Below are positions 49,503-60,900 of a stretch of 64,000 nucleotides of DNA, piece by piece; position 1 is the first letter of the stretch; every line of letters begins with the position of its first letter. The notes below the pieces were generated by a model. The model was not told where the DNA came from. It searched no databases and saw only the letters and a list, made by a program, of their open reading frames with translations. Origin of the DNA: an uncultured Nitrososphaeraceae archaeon (GTDB taxonomy: Archaea; Thermoproteota; Nitrososphaeria; Nitrososphaerales; Nitrososphaeraceae); NCBI GenBank assembly GCA_963765895.1, contig CAVXZB010000038.1, positions 96,001 through 160,000 of the forward strand. Direction: 5' to 3'. Position numbers and translations under genes: made by a program.

Positions 49503-50087
49503 TGATTTAGTCTGCATCGCAGTAGCCTACACACATCATTTTTCAGGAAGTACATATAGGATGGACAAATAGATAGTTAATTTTAGAAGAGTCTACTTCA
49601 CTGAGACAGAATCTGATGTAGAGATACTCTTGTTCCAATACCAGATGTTCCTATCGATAGGTTAGCATTTACTCCTTTTCTGTTTATCATAAACAAAAAA
49701 TCTGTAGGTCAATGAATAGCCAGTAGTTAGGCTTGACAATCTTTATCCAAGGTTGTGCAGTTTCGTTATATGGTCACAAACCTTCAATCTCATATCAACA
49801 GCTCTGTATGGTGACATCGAGCTTGGTAGGAATCTTACCTATACTTTGCTTTAACTTTTTCTATAACCTGTTACTTTAGAATCAACATAGAAGCGCTGGT
49901 ACAGTATTTGAGAGCCTCTTGATTAGAACGCTGCTAAAAAGTGTGTTCAAATTCTTGAATACATTACGTTTATTTGCAAATTATGGCATGCGGATATAAT
50001 TGGGGCGAGTACTTGTTTTTACTTACAAGTTCCACTTATTTACCATAAATTGTACCCTTGACATTAACATTCTTCGAGAATTTTGGA

Positions 50088-51225
50088 CTATCCTACATAT
50101 GGAGGGGTGATATCTGAACCAAAAATATAGAATAAACCATCGCGGGATCCTATAAACATCATACTATTTGCAATGGCTGCTGAAGAGTCCACCATATTCA
50201 TTGTTGGAAATTTCCAGGTTTGTTTTCCACTATTGATATCTAACCCGTAAATATAAGAGTCGAGGGAACCGAAAAACATTACAGCATCATATTCAGATAT
50301 GGCTGGAGATGACCATATTTTATCTCCTGTTTCGAAATTCCATACCACTGAGCCATCTTTGACCTGAAAACAATATACATTATTATTAGATGTTGCAAAG
50401 AATGCCTTATCCCTTATCGTAGCAGGGGAAGCCATTACAGGTTTTGTTATCTGTTTACTCCATCTAATCTTTCCTGTAGATTGATTCAAACAAAACATTC
50501 CTCCATTATAAGTCCCAATGAATAGTAATGGGCTTTCATCATCGAAGGATAAACACGGTGACGAAGATCTAATCTTGCCATTCAACCTTGTTTTCCATAG
50601 CAGTTTCCCATCTATATCTAAACAATAGAGGAATCCATCATCAGACCCTATAAATATTTCATTTCCGTTAAATGACGGTGAGGACCATACCTGTCCACCG
50701 GTTTCAAACTTCCATCTCACATCCCCACTGACGTCCTTCGAGAGCATAGACAGCATTATCTATGGAACCGACAACTAACATCACGTCATCGACCAAACAT
50801 GGAGAAGAAAAAACTGGACCAGGAATTTCATACCTCCAAATCTCTTTCCCATTATTCGTATCAATTCCAAACACAAAATCTTTTCCTATATGAGATGTAC
50901 CATCAGTCCAGGAATCATAGGTAGCAGTCACTAAAATACTATCATAAACTAAGGGCGACGAAACTAAAGGACTTTTAATATCTAAATGCCATTTTCTTTG
51001 CTTTTTGACAGGATTTAATGCAAGAATTCGCCCTGTTAAAGTTAAAACATATAATGTCCCTTTTGCAAATATAGGAGATGAGACAATCGGTCCGACTTCT
51101 GTTACCCATGAAAGCGAAGGTTTGCGATGTATCCTCGAAGAGGATGCTCCTGTTCGCATGGAGTTTCCTCTGAACATCTTCCATGACTGCTTATCGGATA
51201 TTCCCAATGGTTCTTTCCAGTTCAA
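50088..51225 (-). CDS. PQQ-binding-like (BamB-type) beta-propeller protein, one frameshift near 50740
   Basis: WKMFRGN..RTG N-terminus; repeated W.F.TG..IWSSP...GS.D..Y..D blades. Confidence 0.88.
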
Positions 51226-51496
51226 TATTCTTAACTCTCAATGTCCTATAAGAATACATTGCCAAAGAACATTTACGTAGAGGATTAATCTAACAGTGTA
51301 ACTGTGTGGTCGCATACATTTACTTAATTAACATATGATACCAAATAGCGAAGTGAAAGACACTCGTCAATGTGAACTGATTTTCAACAAACGTCCACAT
51401 CACGTTGTACTCAAACAGTCTTAACTCGTTACATGACTGTCAAAGGTAGAATATGCAAGAAAAGAACACGAGAATATCACGCCAATTTACAAATGA

Positions 51497-52504
51497 TCAT
51501 CCTTTCAGCAGAGCTCTAGTTACAAGCAATGCCAATCCTGCAATCGCGGCGCTAGCCGGGATGGTTATAATCCATGCATAAACAATCCGTTTACCAATCC
51601 CCCATCTGACTGCGGACAATCGCTTAGATGCTCCTGCCCCCATAATAGCTCCGGATATTGCATGTGTGGTGCTTACTGGTATTCCTAGCCAAGCCATCGA
51701 AGTAAGTATTACTCCTCCGCCTGTTTCAGCACAAAATCCTTGAAATGATTTTAGAGTGGTAAGCGAAAACGCCATCGTCTTTATAATTCGCCATCCTCCA
51801 AAGAAGGTCCCTAATGCAATAGCTGCAGCTGAAACTAGAACTACAGAAACAGGAACAACAAAGTTTTTTGAATCTAATAGCCCTGCCGAGATTAGTAGGG
51901 CAGTAATCACACCCATAGTTTTTTGACCATCATTCGCACCGTGAGTGAGAGAAAAGAATGCAGACGATCCTATCTGCAATTTTCCGAACAGTTTATTTAT
52001 AACTGATGGCCTGTTCCTTCGAAAAACTAACATAATACTTATTGTCAGTACAAAAGCAATTACAAAACCCATCACTGGCGAAACTACCATAAATGTCAAC
52101 GTTTTTTCAACTCCTGGAAAAACGATCGCTTTTGTTCCACCTGCCACTAATCCAGCACCAATTAGGCCACCGATCAAAGCATGGCTACTCGATGATGGAA
52201 GGCCAAAGTACCACGTAATTAAATTCCAGCTAATTGCTCCGACTAGCGCCGCTATGATTACGTATACTGTTGAAAATTCTGGCTGTATAATACCTTTACC
52301 AACAGTGGCTGCTACTGCTGTTCCAAAAATGAATGGTCCAATAAAATTTGCTATGGCGGCCATGCTTACGGCATATAACGGTCTTAATACACGAGTTCCT
52401 ACAACGGTTGCTATAGAGTTAGCAGAATCATGGAACCCATTTATAAAATCAAAAAATAGAGCGAAGACTATCGTCCCATAGATTAGGAATAAATTCTCAG
52501 TCAT
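51497..52504 (-). CDS. pit: Inorganic phosphate transporter, PiT family
   Basis: NGFHDSANSIAT, GLPSSSSHAL, HGANDGQK and GIPVSTTH. Confidence 0.95.
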   Translation of the reverse strand: MTENLFLIYGTIVFALFFDFINGFHDSANSIATVVGTRVLRPLYAVSMAAIANFIGPFIFGTAVAATVGKGIIQPEFSTVYVIIAALVGAISWNLITWYFGLPSSSSHALIGGLIGAGLVAGGTKAIVFPGVEKTLTFMVVSPVMGFVIAFVLTISIMLVFRRNRPSVINKLFGKLQIGSSAFFSLTHGANDGQKTMGVITALLISAGLLDSKNFVVPVSVVLVSAAAIALGTFFGGWRIIKTMAFSLTTLKSFQGFCAETGGGVILTSMAWLGIPVSTTHAISGAIMGAGASKRLSAVRWGIGKRIVYAWIITIPASAAIAGLALLVTRALLKG

Positions 52505-52571
52505 TTCCGTTTTAATTTGTGGTAATGCTTATGTCCTCGGTTGTCAAGCTCGTTATGCATATTTACTTCTC

Positions 52572-53231
52572 TTAGCCATATTTTAGGGCAATATCCTCTA
52601 TTATATCCGAGACATCAGCGGTCCTATCTATAGCCCCTTCTAAAGTCTCGTAAATTTCCTTTTGTTTTATAATATTTATGGCATCATGCTCATTTTCAAA
52701 AAGGTCTGCGATTGCAGTTCTATAAAGCTTGTCTCCTTCATGCTCGAAGCCAGTTATCCGAGCAGAATGTTCAATCAGATCCTGAGCGTTCTTAAATTTT
52801 TTCAGCATTACAACCACAAAATGGATCTCTTTCGAGGCGAAATGAAGTACATTGGCCATCTCTAGCATTTTTGGTGTTGGCTTATGAATTTTATAAAGCA
52901 CAAATCTGTCTGCAGTCCCATCAGCATAATCTAATACCTCATCGATAGCGCCTGTTAGTTTTGAGATGTCTTCTCGATCGAAAGGCGTAACAAACGTTTT
53001 GTCGAGAATATCAAATATGTTGTGAGCAATCTTGTCTCCACTGTGCTCTAGATCCTTTATGGCAGACATGCGTTCGTTAATGTTATCATAGGTAGCAATG
53101 AGTTCAACCAAAGCTCCTGTTGCTTTTATTAAATTGGAAGACTGCTTTTCAAGTATATCAATAATTGCTTTATCGTTAGATTTTAACCATGAAAACCAAT
53201 GCAATGTGCTGTTCATTTGATCTATCTTCAC
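52572..53231 (-). CDS. DUF47 (PhoU-like) Pit accessory protein
   Basis: LEHSGD, TFVTPFDREDI, EHEGD and KEIYETLEGAID; directly upstream of pit. Confidence 0.92.
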   Translation of the reverse strand: MKIDQMNSTLHWFSWLKSNDKAIIDILEKQSSNLIKATGALVELIATYDNINERMSAIKDLEHSGDKIAHNIFDILDKTFVTPFDREDISKLTGAIDEVLDYADGTADRFVLYKIHKPTPKMLEMANVLHFASKEIHFVVVMLKKFKNAQDLIEHSARITGFEHEGDKLYRTAIADLFENEHDAINIIKQKEIYETLEGAIDRTADVSDIIEDIALKYG

Positions 53232-54004
53232 TGGGAGGAACTAAATAATATGTATTATCTCGTTATTGATGTTTTAAGATACATAAAATTAGGGTGTTGA
53301 CATGATTTCATCCCAGTTTTTAGGAATTGCATTTATATAAATCAATAACTAAACATTAATGACTAAACTCAGCTTTGTGTATACAAAGAAGGCAATAAGA
53401 GATAAAGTATCTATTTTTTATAAATTATTACTCCAAATTCGGAAAGACTATTATAATGTCATGAATTCGCTAGCAATAAAAAAAATAGCACATGTTTAAA
53501 CAATACAGCAAGATGATATCCTTTCATAGCATAGCAACAATGGTATCTAAAGGATCGTCATGAGAGATATTAAAGAGGAAATTACTACCATTAAGGTAGG
53601 ACTAACTGCACTAGTTCAGAAAACATGTTTGCTGTCCCATATTTTAAATCAATACTTTAAAACGATATCAAGAGCATCCTTCTTGAACAAGTAACTGTAC
53701 ATCGTATTTGCAGACTTGCTGGTTCTTGAGACTGTGCCGTCAAATCAGTTCTCCATTCGAGGAATGTATAATAAGAAATTTAATGATGTGCTGTTTCCAC
53801 ATCTAGAGAGCAGACACATCAGCACAATGTGGCAGCATTTGTTACGATTCATTATAAGACAGCACGATGGCTAGATTTGTAGGATGCTTGATTACTAGTG
53901 TTCGTAAGAGCCGTGTTAGCTAGTAAAACCAGCAATTAGTTGTAACTAGTGGACCTTTGCAGAATAGCTATATAGGGAACTGAACATCAATGTTTATTGT
54001 GAGT

Positions 54005-54080
54005 GGTAAGGACGGTAAGTAGAGGTAAGGACGGTAAGTAGAGGTAAGGACGGTAAGTAGAGGTAAGGACGGTAAGTAGA
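54005..54080. repeat. 19-bp perfect tandem repeat x4
   Basis: ggtaaggacggtaagtaga x4, each unit with two GGTAAG half-sites. Confidence 0.97.
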
Positions 54081-54145
54081 CAGAGAAATATAGTGCGCAT
54101 TAAAAGCTTATTACTCACCATACCGTACGTACCTATAACACTAGA

Positions 54146-54403
54146 TTGGATCATACTTACTCACCATACACAGGAACAAACAAAAAGCAACGCATATGGG
54201 CGCTAGTATCAGATGGTAAATATTCCTCAGATCAGATAGCTTCAATGGTTGGTACTACTATAGAATATGTCTGGAAGGAGACAAGTAGATGTAGAAAATC
54301 TACAACAGCAACTGGCCTTGTTCTTAGTAGGAGGACCACACAGCTATCAAAAAGAAAGGATGCAACATACATCCATCTTTCCAACATAAACATCAAATAT
54401 TGA
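54146..54403 (+). CDS. Small or truncated HTH protein
   Basis: KKQRIWALV..GKYSSDQIASMVGTTIEYVWKETSR is HTH-like. Confidence 0.55.
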   Translation: MDHTYSPYTGTNKKQRIWALVSDGKYSSDQIASMVGTTIEYVWKETSRCRKSTTATGLVLSRRTTQLSKRKDATYIHLSNINIKY

Positions 54404-54416
54404 AGCTATCAAAAGT

Positions 54417-55382
54417 TTAATTGCTACTGTTACTTTCCATTCTTACATAGTCGAGAACTACTTTACCTCTTGGATGGACATCCTTTTGGTAGTCTAGTGC
54501 CTTACCTGCCTCCTCTAGTAAAAATGTCCTGTCTACATTTACTTTTACATTATTTTAATCTACCCACTGTGCCAATTTAGTCAGCCGTTCTCTATCTGCT
54601 TGTGTGAACTGAAATATTGCCTTGACATTATATTGATTCATCAGCTCTGAGTTTGGCTACTTTAGCATAGAGATAATTATGCCACCTTTCTTTAAGACTT
54701 TGAAAGACCTTTTGTATGTGTCACCGCCTACAGTATCAAAGACTGAATCATAGTCATGCAGCAGATCTTCAAAGTTCTGGCTCTTGTAGTCTATGACTTG
54801 ATCAGCTCCCAGTTCTTGGACAAACACCTTGTCATTTGCACTTGCCGTTGTCGCTATGAATGCTCCCAAGTTCTTGGCAAGCTGTATAGCAATTGATCCT
54901 ATACCTCCTGCTCCACCATGAATTAGAATCCGTTGACCATTTGATAATCCAATGTTTTCAACAAGTGCGCGCCATGAACTAACGCCTACAAGTGGTAAGG
55001 CCGCCGCTTCGCCATGGCTTAGCCTCTTTGGTTTATTTGCGATAGTTTCTGTCTTTGCTAAAGCCATTTCTGCAAATGCTCCTGACCCACCAGTTAGCTA
55101 CTCCAGCTTGTCCATATACTTCATCTCCTTGCTTGAAATCTGATAGACACCTCCTCCAATTTCTTTGACAATACCTAGAAAAATCCATACCCAATGTAAA
55201 GGGGAATTGAAGTTGTATCATTTGTTGAAAGTAACCTTCACGAATTTTCCAATCTACAGGATTTAGGCCAGCTGCTTTTACGCTAACTAAAACTTTTCCA
55301 GAAGATAAAGTTGGTTCAGGCGTATTTTGGTTAATCTCAATAACCTCACTGCCTCCGTACTGTTAATTTGAGCAGACTTCAT
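54417..55382 (-). pseudogene. NADP-dependent MDR oxidoreductase (quinone oxidoreductase-like), frameshifted
   Basis: VLVSVKAAGLNPVDWKIREG, EAAALPLVG, ILIHGGAGGIGSIAIQLAK, VFDTVGG and HPRGKVV over several frames. Confidence 0.85.
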
Positions 55383-55863
55383 TGCCATATAATAAATTAT
55401 GAGATATTAAAGAGTGTGCTAAAATGCAAGGTACAGAAGACGTTATGTGGGAACAGAAAATCATGGCGGATATCCTTAAGACGTACAGTGACCATATCAT
55501 ATCATGATGACGAATGTTCCGGAGTGGATTGGACCATAAAAAGCCGATCGCCGATTCTATGTCTTTCATTCTAGCTAGTTCTAACGAATATCGAATTTCT
55601 TGCACGAAATCACCAGATTCTGAAAATGGTAGATTTCGAAAGCTTCCAGAGTAGGAATAACTGAAAATGATATTGGCCTATTCAGATTATTCATTCTCTG
55701 AAGGTTGCATATTTTCGAATACTATAAAATCATTTGCTTCCGGAAATGCTATCTTGTTAGGTAAATTTTAAGTCTATTGATAACTTCTATAAACATAAGG
55801 TTTGAATCCGATATCTTATTCAAAACCAATATTTTTATAACTCCTCTAAAAGTTATTGTTTAC

Positions 55864-56842
55864 TTGGAAACTAGATTAATAATACTTGATGTTCTAGCAT
55901 CACTAATTGTTCTTGCAATTGTATCAAGTATTGTTATATTGCAATTAGAAGCTTATGCTCTATCAAAGGATGTAGTTTAAGGTTCACAGCGGCAATTGAC
56001 AACACTGGCAAATACTTCAGAACTATACTAACAGAAATGATAGCAGAGTATTATCAGATTCTCCTCCTACAAATATTCGTCCTAATATTCAAACAGATTA
56101 TAATCTCAACATGCAACTTCTCCAAGAATATCTAAGTTTGCATATATTGATCCTCTTGCACTTCTTATTGGAGACTATCAGATAGGAAGACTAGTGTTGA
56201 TTGCACCATTTGCGGTATGTAGAAGTGATGAAGGAACGCCTATTCATATTGGAGACTATTCTAATATGCAAGATGGTGTAATTTTACATGCTCTTGAAAC
56301 AACATCATGGTAAGAATATTGATAATAGAATATATTGAGCAGCAGGGATATCTTTTGAAGGGAAATGATACTGGCTATAAGGATGGTTTTGCAATATTTG
56401 TTGGTGATAAGGTTAGTTTAGCACATGGAGTACAGATACACGGGCGGCATTTATTGGAAAGACACATTTGTAGGTATGAATAACTTGATCTTTAATACTA
56501 AAAGTTGGCATAGAGTGGCTATAGGAGATCAGTACGATAACCGAGGTGTTCCAATCCCTGACAATAAATTTACCACCAGGAACGCTTGTAACTACACAAG
56601 CGGTTGCAAATGCTTTATCATCAATAGTTGGAAGCCAATATGGGGAGATAAACGGAGCTGTTCTGCACGTAAATCAAGAGCTTGCAAAAGGATACAATGC
56701 ACAAACCATTCAAAAACTGGCTACAGAGATGGAAGATGTGTTAGAGCAGGAAGAGATGCTTCAAACAGGTAGTCCAACAGGAAACCCAAATGATTTATCT
56801 AGTAATAATAATAACAGTGACCTGTCATACTTGAGGAAGTGA
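55864..56842 (+). pseudogene. Secreted gamma-class carbonic anhydrase (Cam-like), multiply disrupted
   Basis: Signal peptide; AYIDPLALLIGD, RSDEGTPIHIGDYSNMQDGVILHALET, VSLAHGVQIHG and VLHVNQELAKGY; several frameshifts and stops. Confidence 0.88.
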
Positions 56843-57440
56843 AGATGACCAATGGGATAACTAATAATACTTAGATAATAATGGAACATTAGGAAAGACG
56901 ACTTTTAGTGGGCAGCTATAGTCGCAGTAATAGTATTAGCACAGGTGTTTACGCACTTTAGTCTACTATGATAAAAACCATCGATAAAATGTAAAAACCA
57001 ATAGTAGTCAATAGAAAAGTATACTGCTCACAGTCTACTGTCTTTTTATTATACCTGGCTCAAAAAATGTAGTCCTATTATTTCCGGGCGTCATAATTAA
57101 AGTAATCTGCACCTGAACCTCCGTTGCTGGGTTTGTGCCTCCATTACCAAGTAAATTCCACGGCATGCCATTATTCATACCATTAATATATTTGAGCACT
57201 ATCGATTTTCTTCCTTTCTATTACAGTGCTACACTTATGTAATCGAATTGTTAATAAAATAATGGTACTTATTAGTAATAGAAACTGAAAGACGATTCTA
57301 ATATCGAGGGGCGCACATACTCATGTTCCCGTTCATCTATACACGTACATATACAAGATAAGACCAGGATGAGCCCAATAAACGCTAAAACTATCGGCAT
57401 TTCCACTCTGTCGACTCTGTCGACTCTGCAAATTGATGAT

Positions 57441-57625
57441 ATTTGATTCAGGCAATAGCCAGTGAGTGTTAACACATCGGACAGTATAGGATTTTGACAA
57501 GTCCAGTATAATTATATCGGAAAAGTGCCTTCTAATACAGAAGTGCGGCAGGCACGTCAGATTATAAACATTTTCTAAATTGAGGTATCATCTGGAGAGC
57601 CAGACTTCGTTCGATGGGCATAGAT
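57441..57625. repeat. Dispersed repeat copy A (core 57530-57568)
   Basis: Core ttctaatacagaagtgcggcaggcacgtcagattataaa; left ~90 bp homologous to copy C, right ~60 bp homologous to copy D. Confidence 0.9.
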
Positions 57626-57930
57626 GTTGATAGGGACAAAAAGTTTCATGTGTAACTCAATTTATGGCCCTCAAAAATGAATCTCATACCACCAGTAACA
57701 TCAGCTCATCATGTTTTGTTTTCAACTCAAGTATTTTCTATCAAACGCAAGGTATATTGATGCATAAAACTAACCTCGTATTCGTTACCTTCAGGCAAGG
57801 TCATATACCTAAGTTATTGACAACGAAATAGCGCTTCGTTTCTAATCAACTGCGGTTAGAATCTTCTTCATAAAGAATAAGCATAATGTTCAACTATGAC
57901 CAAACGTAGTATCATTGATTGAACTATAAG

Positions 57931-58175
57931 ATGATAATGGCAACAGCAATAATCGCAGCGGCCACGGTAACAGCATTCGGCATACCCAAGGTGGCGCACG
58001 CAGACGGATCAAGTGCAGGAAGTAGAGGGCGGCGCGAGAGGACTTTAGGAACCATGTAGGTTTTCAAGGAAGTTGCGCAGATCACGGATATGATGTGACT
58101 CTGAATCCTGGATGGTGTCTGGACTTTAAGAGCTGATACGCGATTCAGTGGGGGAGTCCTAAGTCTAGGTCAATA
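57931..58175 (+). pseudogene. Small secreted two-Cys protein, frameshifted
   Basis: MIMATAIIAAATVTAFGIPKVAHA|DGS.../REDFRNHVGFQGSCADHGYDVTLNPGWCLDFKS*YAIQW. Confidence 0.55.
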
Positions 58176-58276
58176 AGTAAACAAGTGTTTACGCTTACTT
58201 AAAACAGTCCTAACGTACAGTCTGAGCTTCTACATCAGCAACAGCCTTTACTACAGGGTTGCTGGCTCGTAGCACC

Positions 58277-58516
58277 TTATAGACTGGGTTTATTAAGGCA
58301 ATGATTCTTAATATCATCTTTATAGTCCTTGGCGTTTTTATCTGATTTCTCCACGAGGCACGTTGTTGTGTCTCCCTCGCTACTAGCAAATGGGACCACG
58401 TCCTTAATAGGTTTATTGAGCCCCTCGGCGACAGGGGATATGGTATAAAGACTATGTATTGATAGATTAAACCAACATGAAATAACCAATGCATTGTAAA
58501 CAAATGCATTAACCAC
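58277..58516 (-). CDS. Small hypothetical, possibly secreted, probably disrupted
   Basis: Hydrophobic N-terminus, two spaced Cys and overlapping frames. Confidence 0.35.
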   Translation of the reverse strand: MVNAFVYNALVISCWFNLSIHSLYTISPVAEGLNKPIKDVVPFASSEGDTTTCLVEKSDKNAKDYKDDIKNHCLNKPSL

Positions 58517-58798
58517 TCAAAATAAAAATTGTCGAAGTATAGACTATTGCAATTGTAACGAATTTGAAAAGGCAGTTGACTATTATAATATTCGATATTG
58601 TCGGCTTGAGGACGATAAGTTTAACGCAGTAAAAAAGGGGTTGTTCCCTATTTCCCCTCTTTAGATATAGCGTCCCACTGCTAGTCTGGAGCCTTTCAAG
58701 TATTGTTCATGGTGTACAAAGAAACTAAAGCAACTAAAGAGTGAATAGTTATCCATACCACTTATATCGACCATAGCCCTTAAAATCATACACGAATA

Positions 58799-58978
58799 AT
58801 GCAGCCATACCACATGCTATTTAAGAAGGCCGAAGAGGGAGGCTTTACAGGAAAGTGCTTAGAGTTACCTGGAGCCATTTCTGAGGGAGAAACCATGGAA
58901 GAACTTAGAGAAACAGATAGAAGCACTCTTGTTAGCAAGAGTTATACAAGAAGTAGCAGAACTAAGGTAATGCGCTAG
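58799..58978 (+). CDS. hicB: HicB-family antitoxin (C-terminus probably frameshifted)
   Basis: MQPYHMLFKKAEEGGFTGKCLELPGAISEGETMEELRE. Confidence 0.82.
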   Translation: MQPYHMLFKKAEEGGFTGKCLELPGAISEGETMEELRETDRSTLVSKSYTRSSRTKVMR

Positions 58979-59018
58979 TGAACGAAGTAATCTAACAAAG
59001 TAATTATTGACTGACTAA

Positions 59019-59226
59019 TTGAGTCTACGAAATCATAACTGGCGTGAGGTAGTTAGAGTTCTAAGTCGTCATGGTTTTGATATGGAAAGTTGTGCTTGAC
59101 AATCTCTATAACAATATATCGAAGAGATAAAGGATGATCCAAAATCAACAGATAAAACAGAGTACGTTAAGGGCTATTCTTGACCAGGCTGATATTTCAA
59201 GAGAGCAGTTTCTTAGCGAACTGTAG
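59019..59226 (+). pseudogene. hicA: HicA-family toxin with disrupted centre
   Basis: LSLRNHNWREVVRVLSRHGF...IKQSTLRAILDQADISREQFLSEL*; GSH motif region not recognisable; internal stops. Confidence 0.78.
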
Positions 59227-59312
59227 CGTATAACTAGGATCAGTGTCGCAGACGGCACATGCGGCGTTTACAACGAACCAACTGACACTATTATTTCTTT
59301 TCTATATTTTTT

Positions 59313-59525
59313 ATGTTAAAGAGGCTAACTTCCAGTAAGTAGGCATTAGCTTGGTTTTGCTAATTGTAGGAACCGCCGCACCGACTACAATCTTGACAAT
59401 TCAGCCAGCGCAGGCACAGCACAATCACTGTCGCTTGCCAAACGGGACCATTCCCCAGGCCAAGGAGACCAAGGTTGTCCCCTGGGCTTAATTGATAACC
59501 CAGGGAGCGAACACGCAGGCAACTA
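59313..59525 (+). pseudogene. Small secreted two-Cys peptide, frameshifted
   Basis: VGISLVLLIVGTAAPTTILTIQPAQA|QHNHC.../GQGDQGCPLGLIDNPGSEHAGN*, followed by a poly-T tract. Confidence 0.5.
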
Positions 59526-59609
59526 ACTTTTTTTTATTTTTATTTATAAACTAAACAAACCGCATATTTTTCATTTATATAGTAAAAAATCTCTGGCGAT
59601 TTCACGAGG

Positions 59610-59844
59610 GAATTTATGAACTCCTTTTTGGTTTTAGTACACCACGGACAGAACCGAAAGGGGGCCAGCGACGCTATAGGCCTATCAAGACGCCGTAGGC
59701 CTATAAAATTGTGCATCATTGCATATACCAACCGTCTTTTGTTATAGCGTTATAGGAATTCTCCTTAGCCTTGTAGTAACAGACATCATATTCCACGCTT
59801 TTTTCAAATTTGCGACAACAATATTCTCCAGCCAATATAGTCAT
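59610..59844 (-). pseudogene. Small CC...FCPWC Zn-binding protein (DUF6980-like), frameshifted
   Basis: MTILAGEYCCRKFEKSVEY...DGWYM/...PFRFCPWC; ATG overlaps the upstream stop as TAATG. Confidence 0.55.
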
Positions 59845-60020
59845 TACGAATTATCTGTGACGTCTTTGCTGCCATTGCCATCGCTCTCGCTGTTATTGCT
59901 TTTCATTTTTTTAGTTTTGTTATGTGAATAGACAATAGTCCAGATAGTTGCTACAAAATATGGCAACATTATCAGTATTGCTACTACAGGTGTAACTTCA
60001 GTTGGAATGACTGTGACCAT
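59844..60020 (-). CDS. 58-aa single-pass membrane protein
   Basis: MVTVIPTEVTPVVAILIMLPYFVATIWTIVYSHNKTKKMKS...; manual translation. Confidence 0.55.
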   Translation of the reverse strand: MVTVIPTEVTPVVAILIMLPYFVATIWTIVYSHNKTKKMKSNNSESDGNGSKDVTDNS

Positions 60021-60027
60021 AATTTAA

Positions 60028-60192
60028 TTATCTCTCTTCAGTAACTTCTCCTTCTTCAACAATGAGGTTTGATATCTCTGAACCATCGACATGTCTTATT
60101 ATGATATTGTATAAGTGGTCCATGCCTTGATCCCTATTCTCGCACTCGAAAGTTCCAGATATCTTAAAACTATAACGCTTTCTTTCTGTCAA
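60028..60192 (-). CDS. 54-aa hypothetical protein
   Basis: (M)TERKRYSFKISGTFECENRDQGMDHLYNIIIRHVDGSEISNLIVEEGEVTEER; ends 7 nt before the next ATG. Confidence 0.5.
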   Translation of the reverse strand: MTERKRYSFKISGTFECENRDQGMDHLYNIIIRHVDGSEISNLIVEEGEVTEER

Positions 60193-60217
60193 TGAATTCC
60201 ACGTCTCAAGTAACTAA

Positions 60218-60433
60218 TCATTTACCCTTTTTTATCTCATCCGTGGTGTGCTGAAAGATTTTAGTCGTATATGTATTATTACTACTGCTACCGTTACTGG
60301 TTGGTGGGTGTGTCGTAAATGTATCATTTCCAAGTGCCTTCACATTTACACTAAGCGAGGCAAGTGAAGCAGATCCTGCCAGGACCATTGTAACTACGAT
60401 GATACTCGCCAGAATAATTTTCTTGGTTAACGT
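60218..60433 (-). CDS. Small secreted protein (start codon apparently ACG or mutated)
   Basis: LTKKIILASIIVVTMVLAGSASLASLSVNVKA|LGNDTF...; manual translation. Confidence 0.5.
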   Translation of the reverse strand, partial: TLTKKIILASIIVVTMVLAGSASLASLSVNVKALGNDTFTTHPPTSNGSSSNNTYTTKIFQHTTDEIKKGK

Positions 60434-60674
60434 TGTTAGTTAGTTTACTAGACCCCCTATTTGATAACTATGTCATTTCTGTCTTTACCTGATATCACTA
60501 GCATAAAGGGTTCCTTAAGATTTCTAATGGGTTGTTTAGACCGTGAGTCAGCGTTTTTATACGACCTTGTGCCTTTACTCGTATAGAGCCCTTAATTAGG
60601 TCAAATTTGATTCACACACCCTTTGGGCCCCAGAAGATATATAGCACTAAGAGGCTAGATGATTTGGATAACAA

Positions 60675-60900
60675 GTAATTATATGAATAAGTCCTTTTTT
60701 TGATGATTGGACGTTCTTTTTGCTAATGGTGCTTTGCTAATGGTGCTTCTTGGTAAACACTTGTTGTAGGTGGATTCGGTCTTTTGCAGTTCAGTAACTG
60801 ATCGATTGTCAAGATTTGGATCTTTGGATACTTGTGTTTCTAGACAGATGATGCATAAGGATCTGTTATTTTAGGTTCCTTTATCATTTTACTTGTCATC
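60675..60900 (-). pseudogene. C-terminal remnant of a DNA methyltransferase-Mrr-like endonuclease fusion
   Basis: MIKE...Y...*KHKYPKIQILTIDQLLNCKRPNPP...YQEAP resembles the conserved YPxIQILTIxxLL tail; contains a 14-bp duplication at 60719-60746. Confidence 0.6.

Noticed and set aside
51945-52481. 178-aa plus-strand ORF
   Set aside because: Antisense shadow of pit.
54005-54080. Possible CRISPR array
   Set aside because: Units are contiguous with no unique spacers, and no cas genes are present.
57050-57180. GGSGADYFN, RTX-like Ca-binding remnant on the minus strand
   Set aside because: Single short motif without an extended frame; cannot be supported.
57405-57428. 9-bp repeat actctgtcg x2.7
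   Set aside because: Short slippage-type repeat with no evidence of function.
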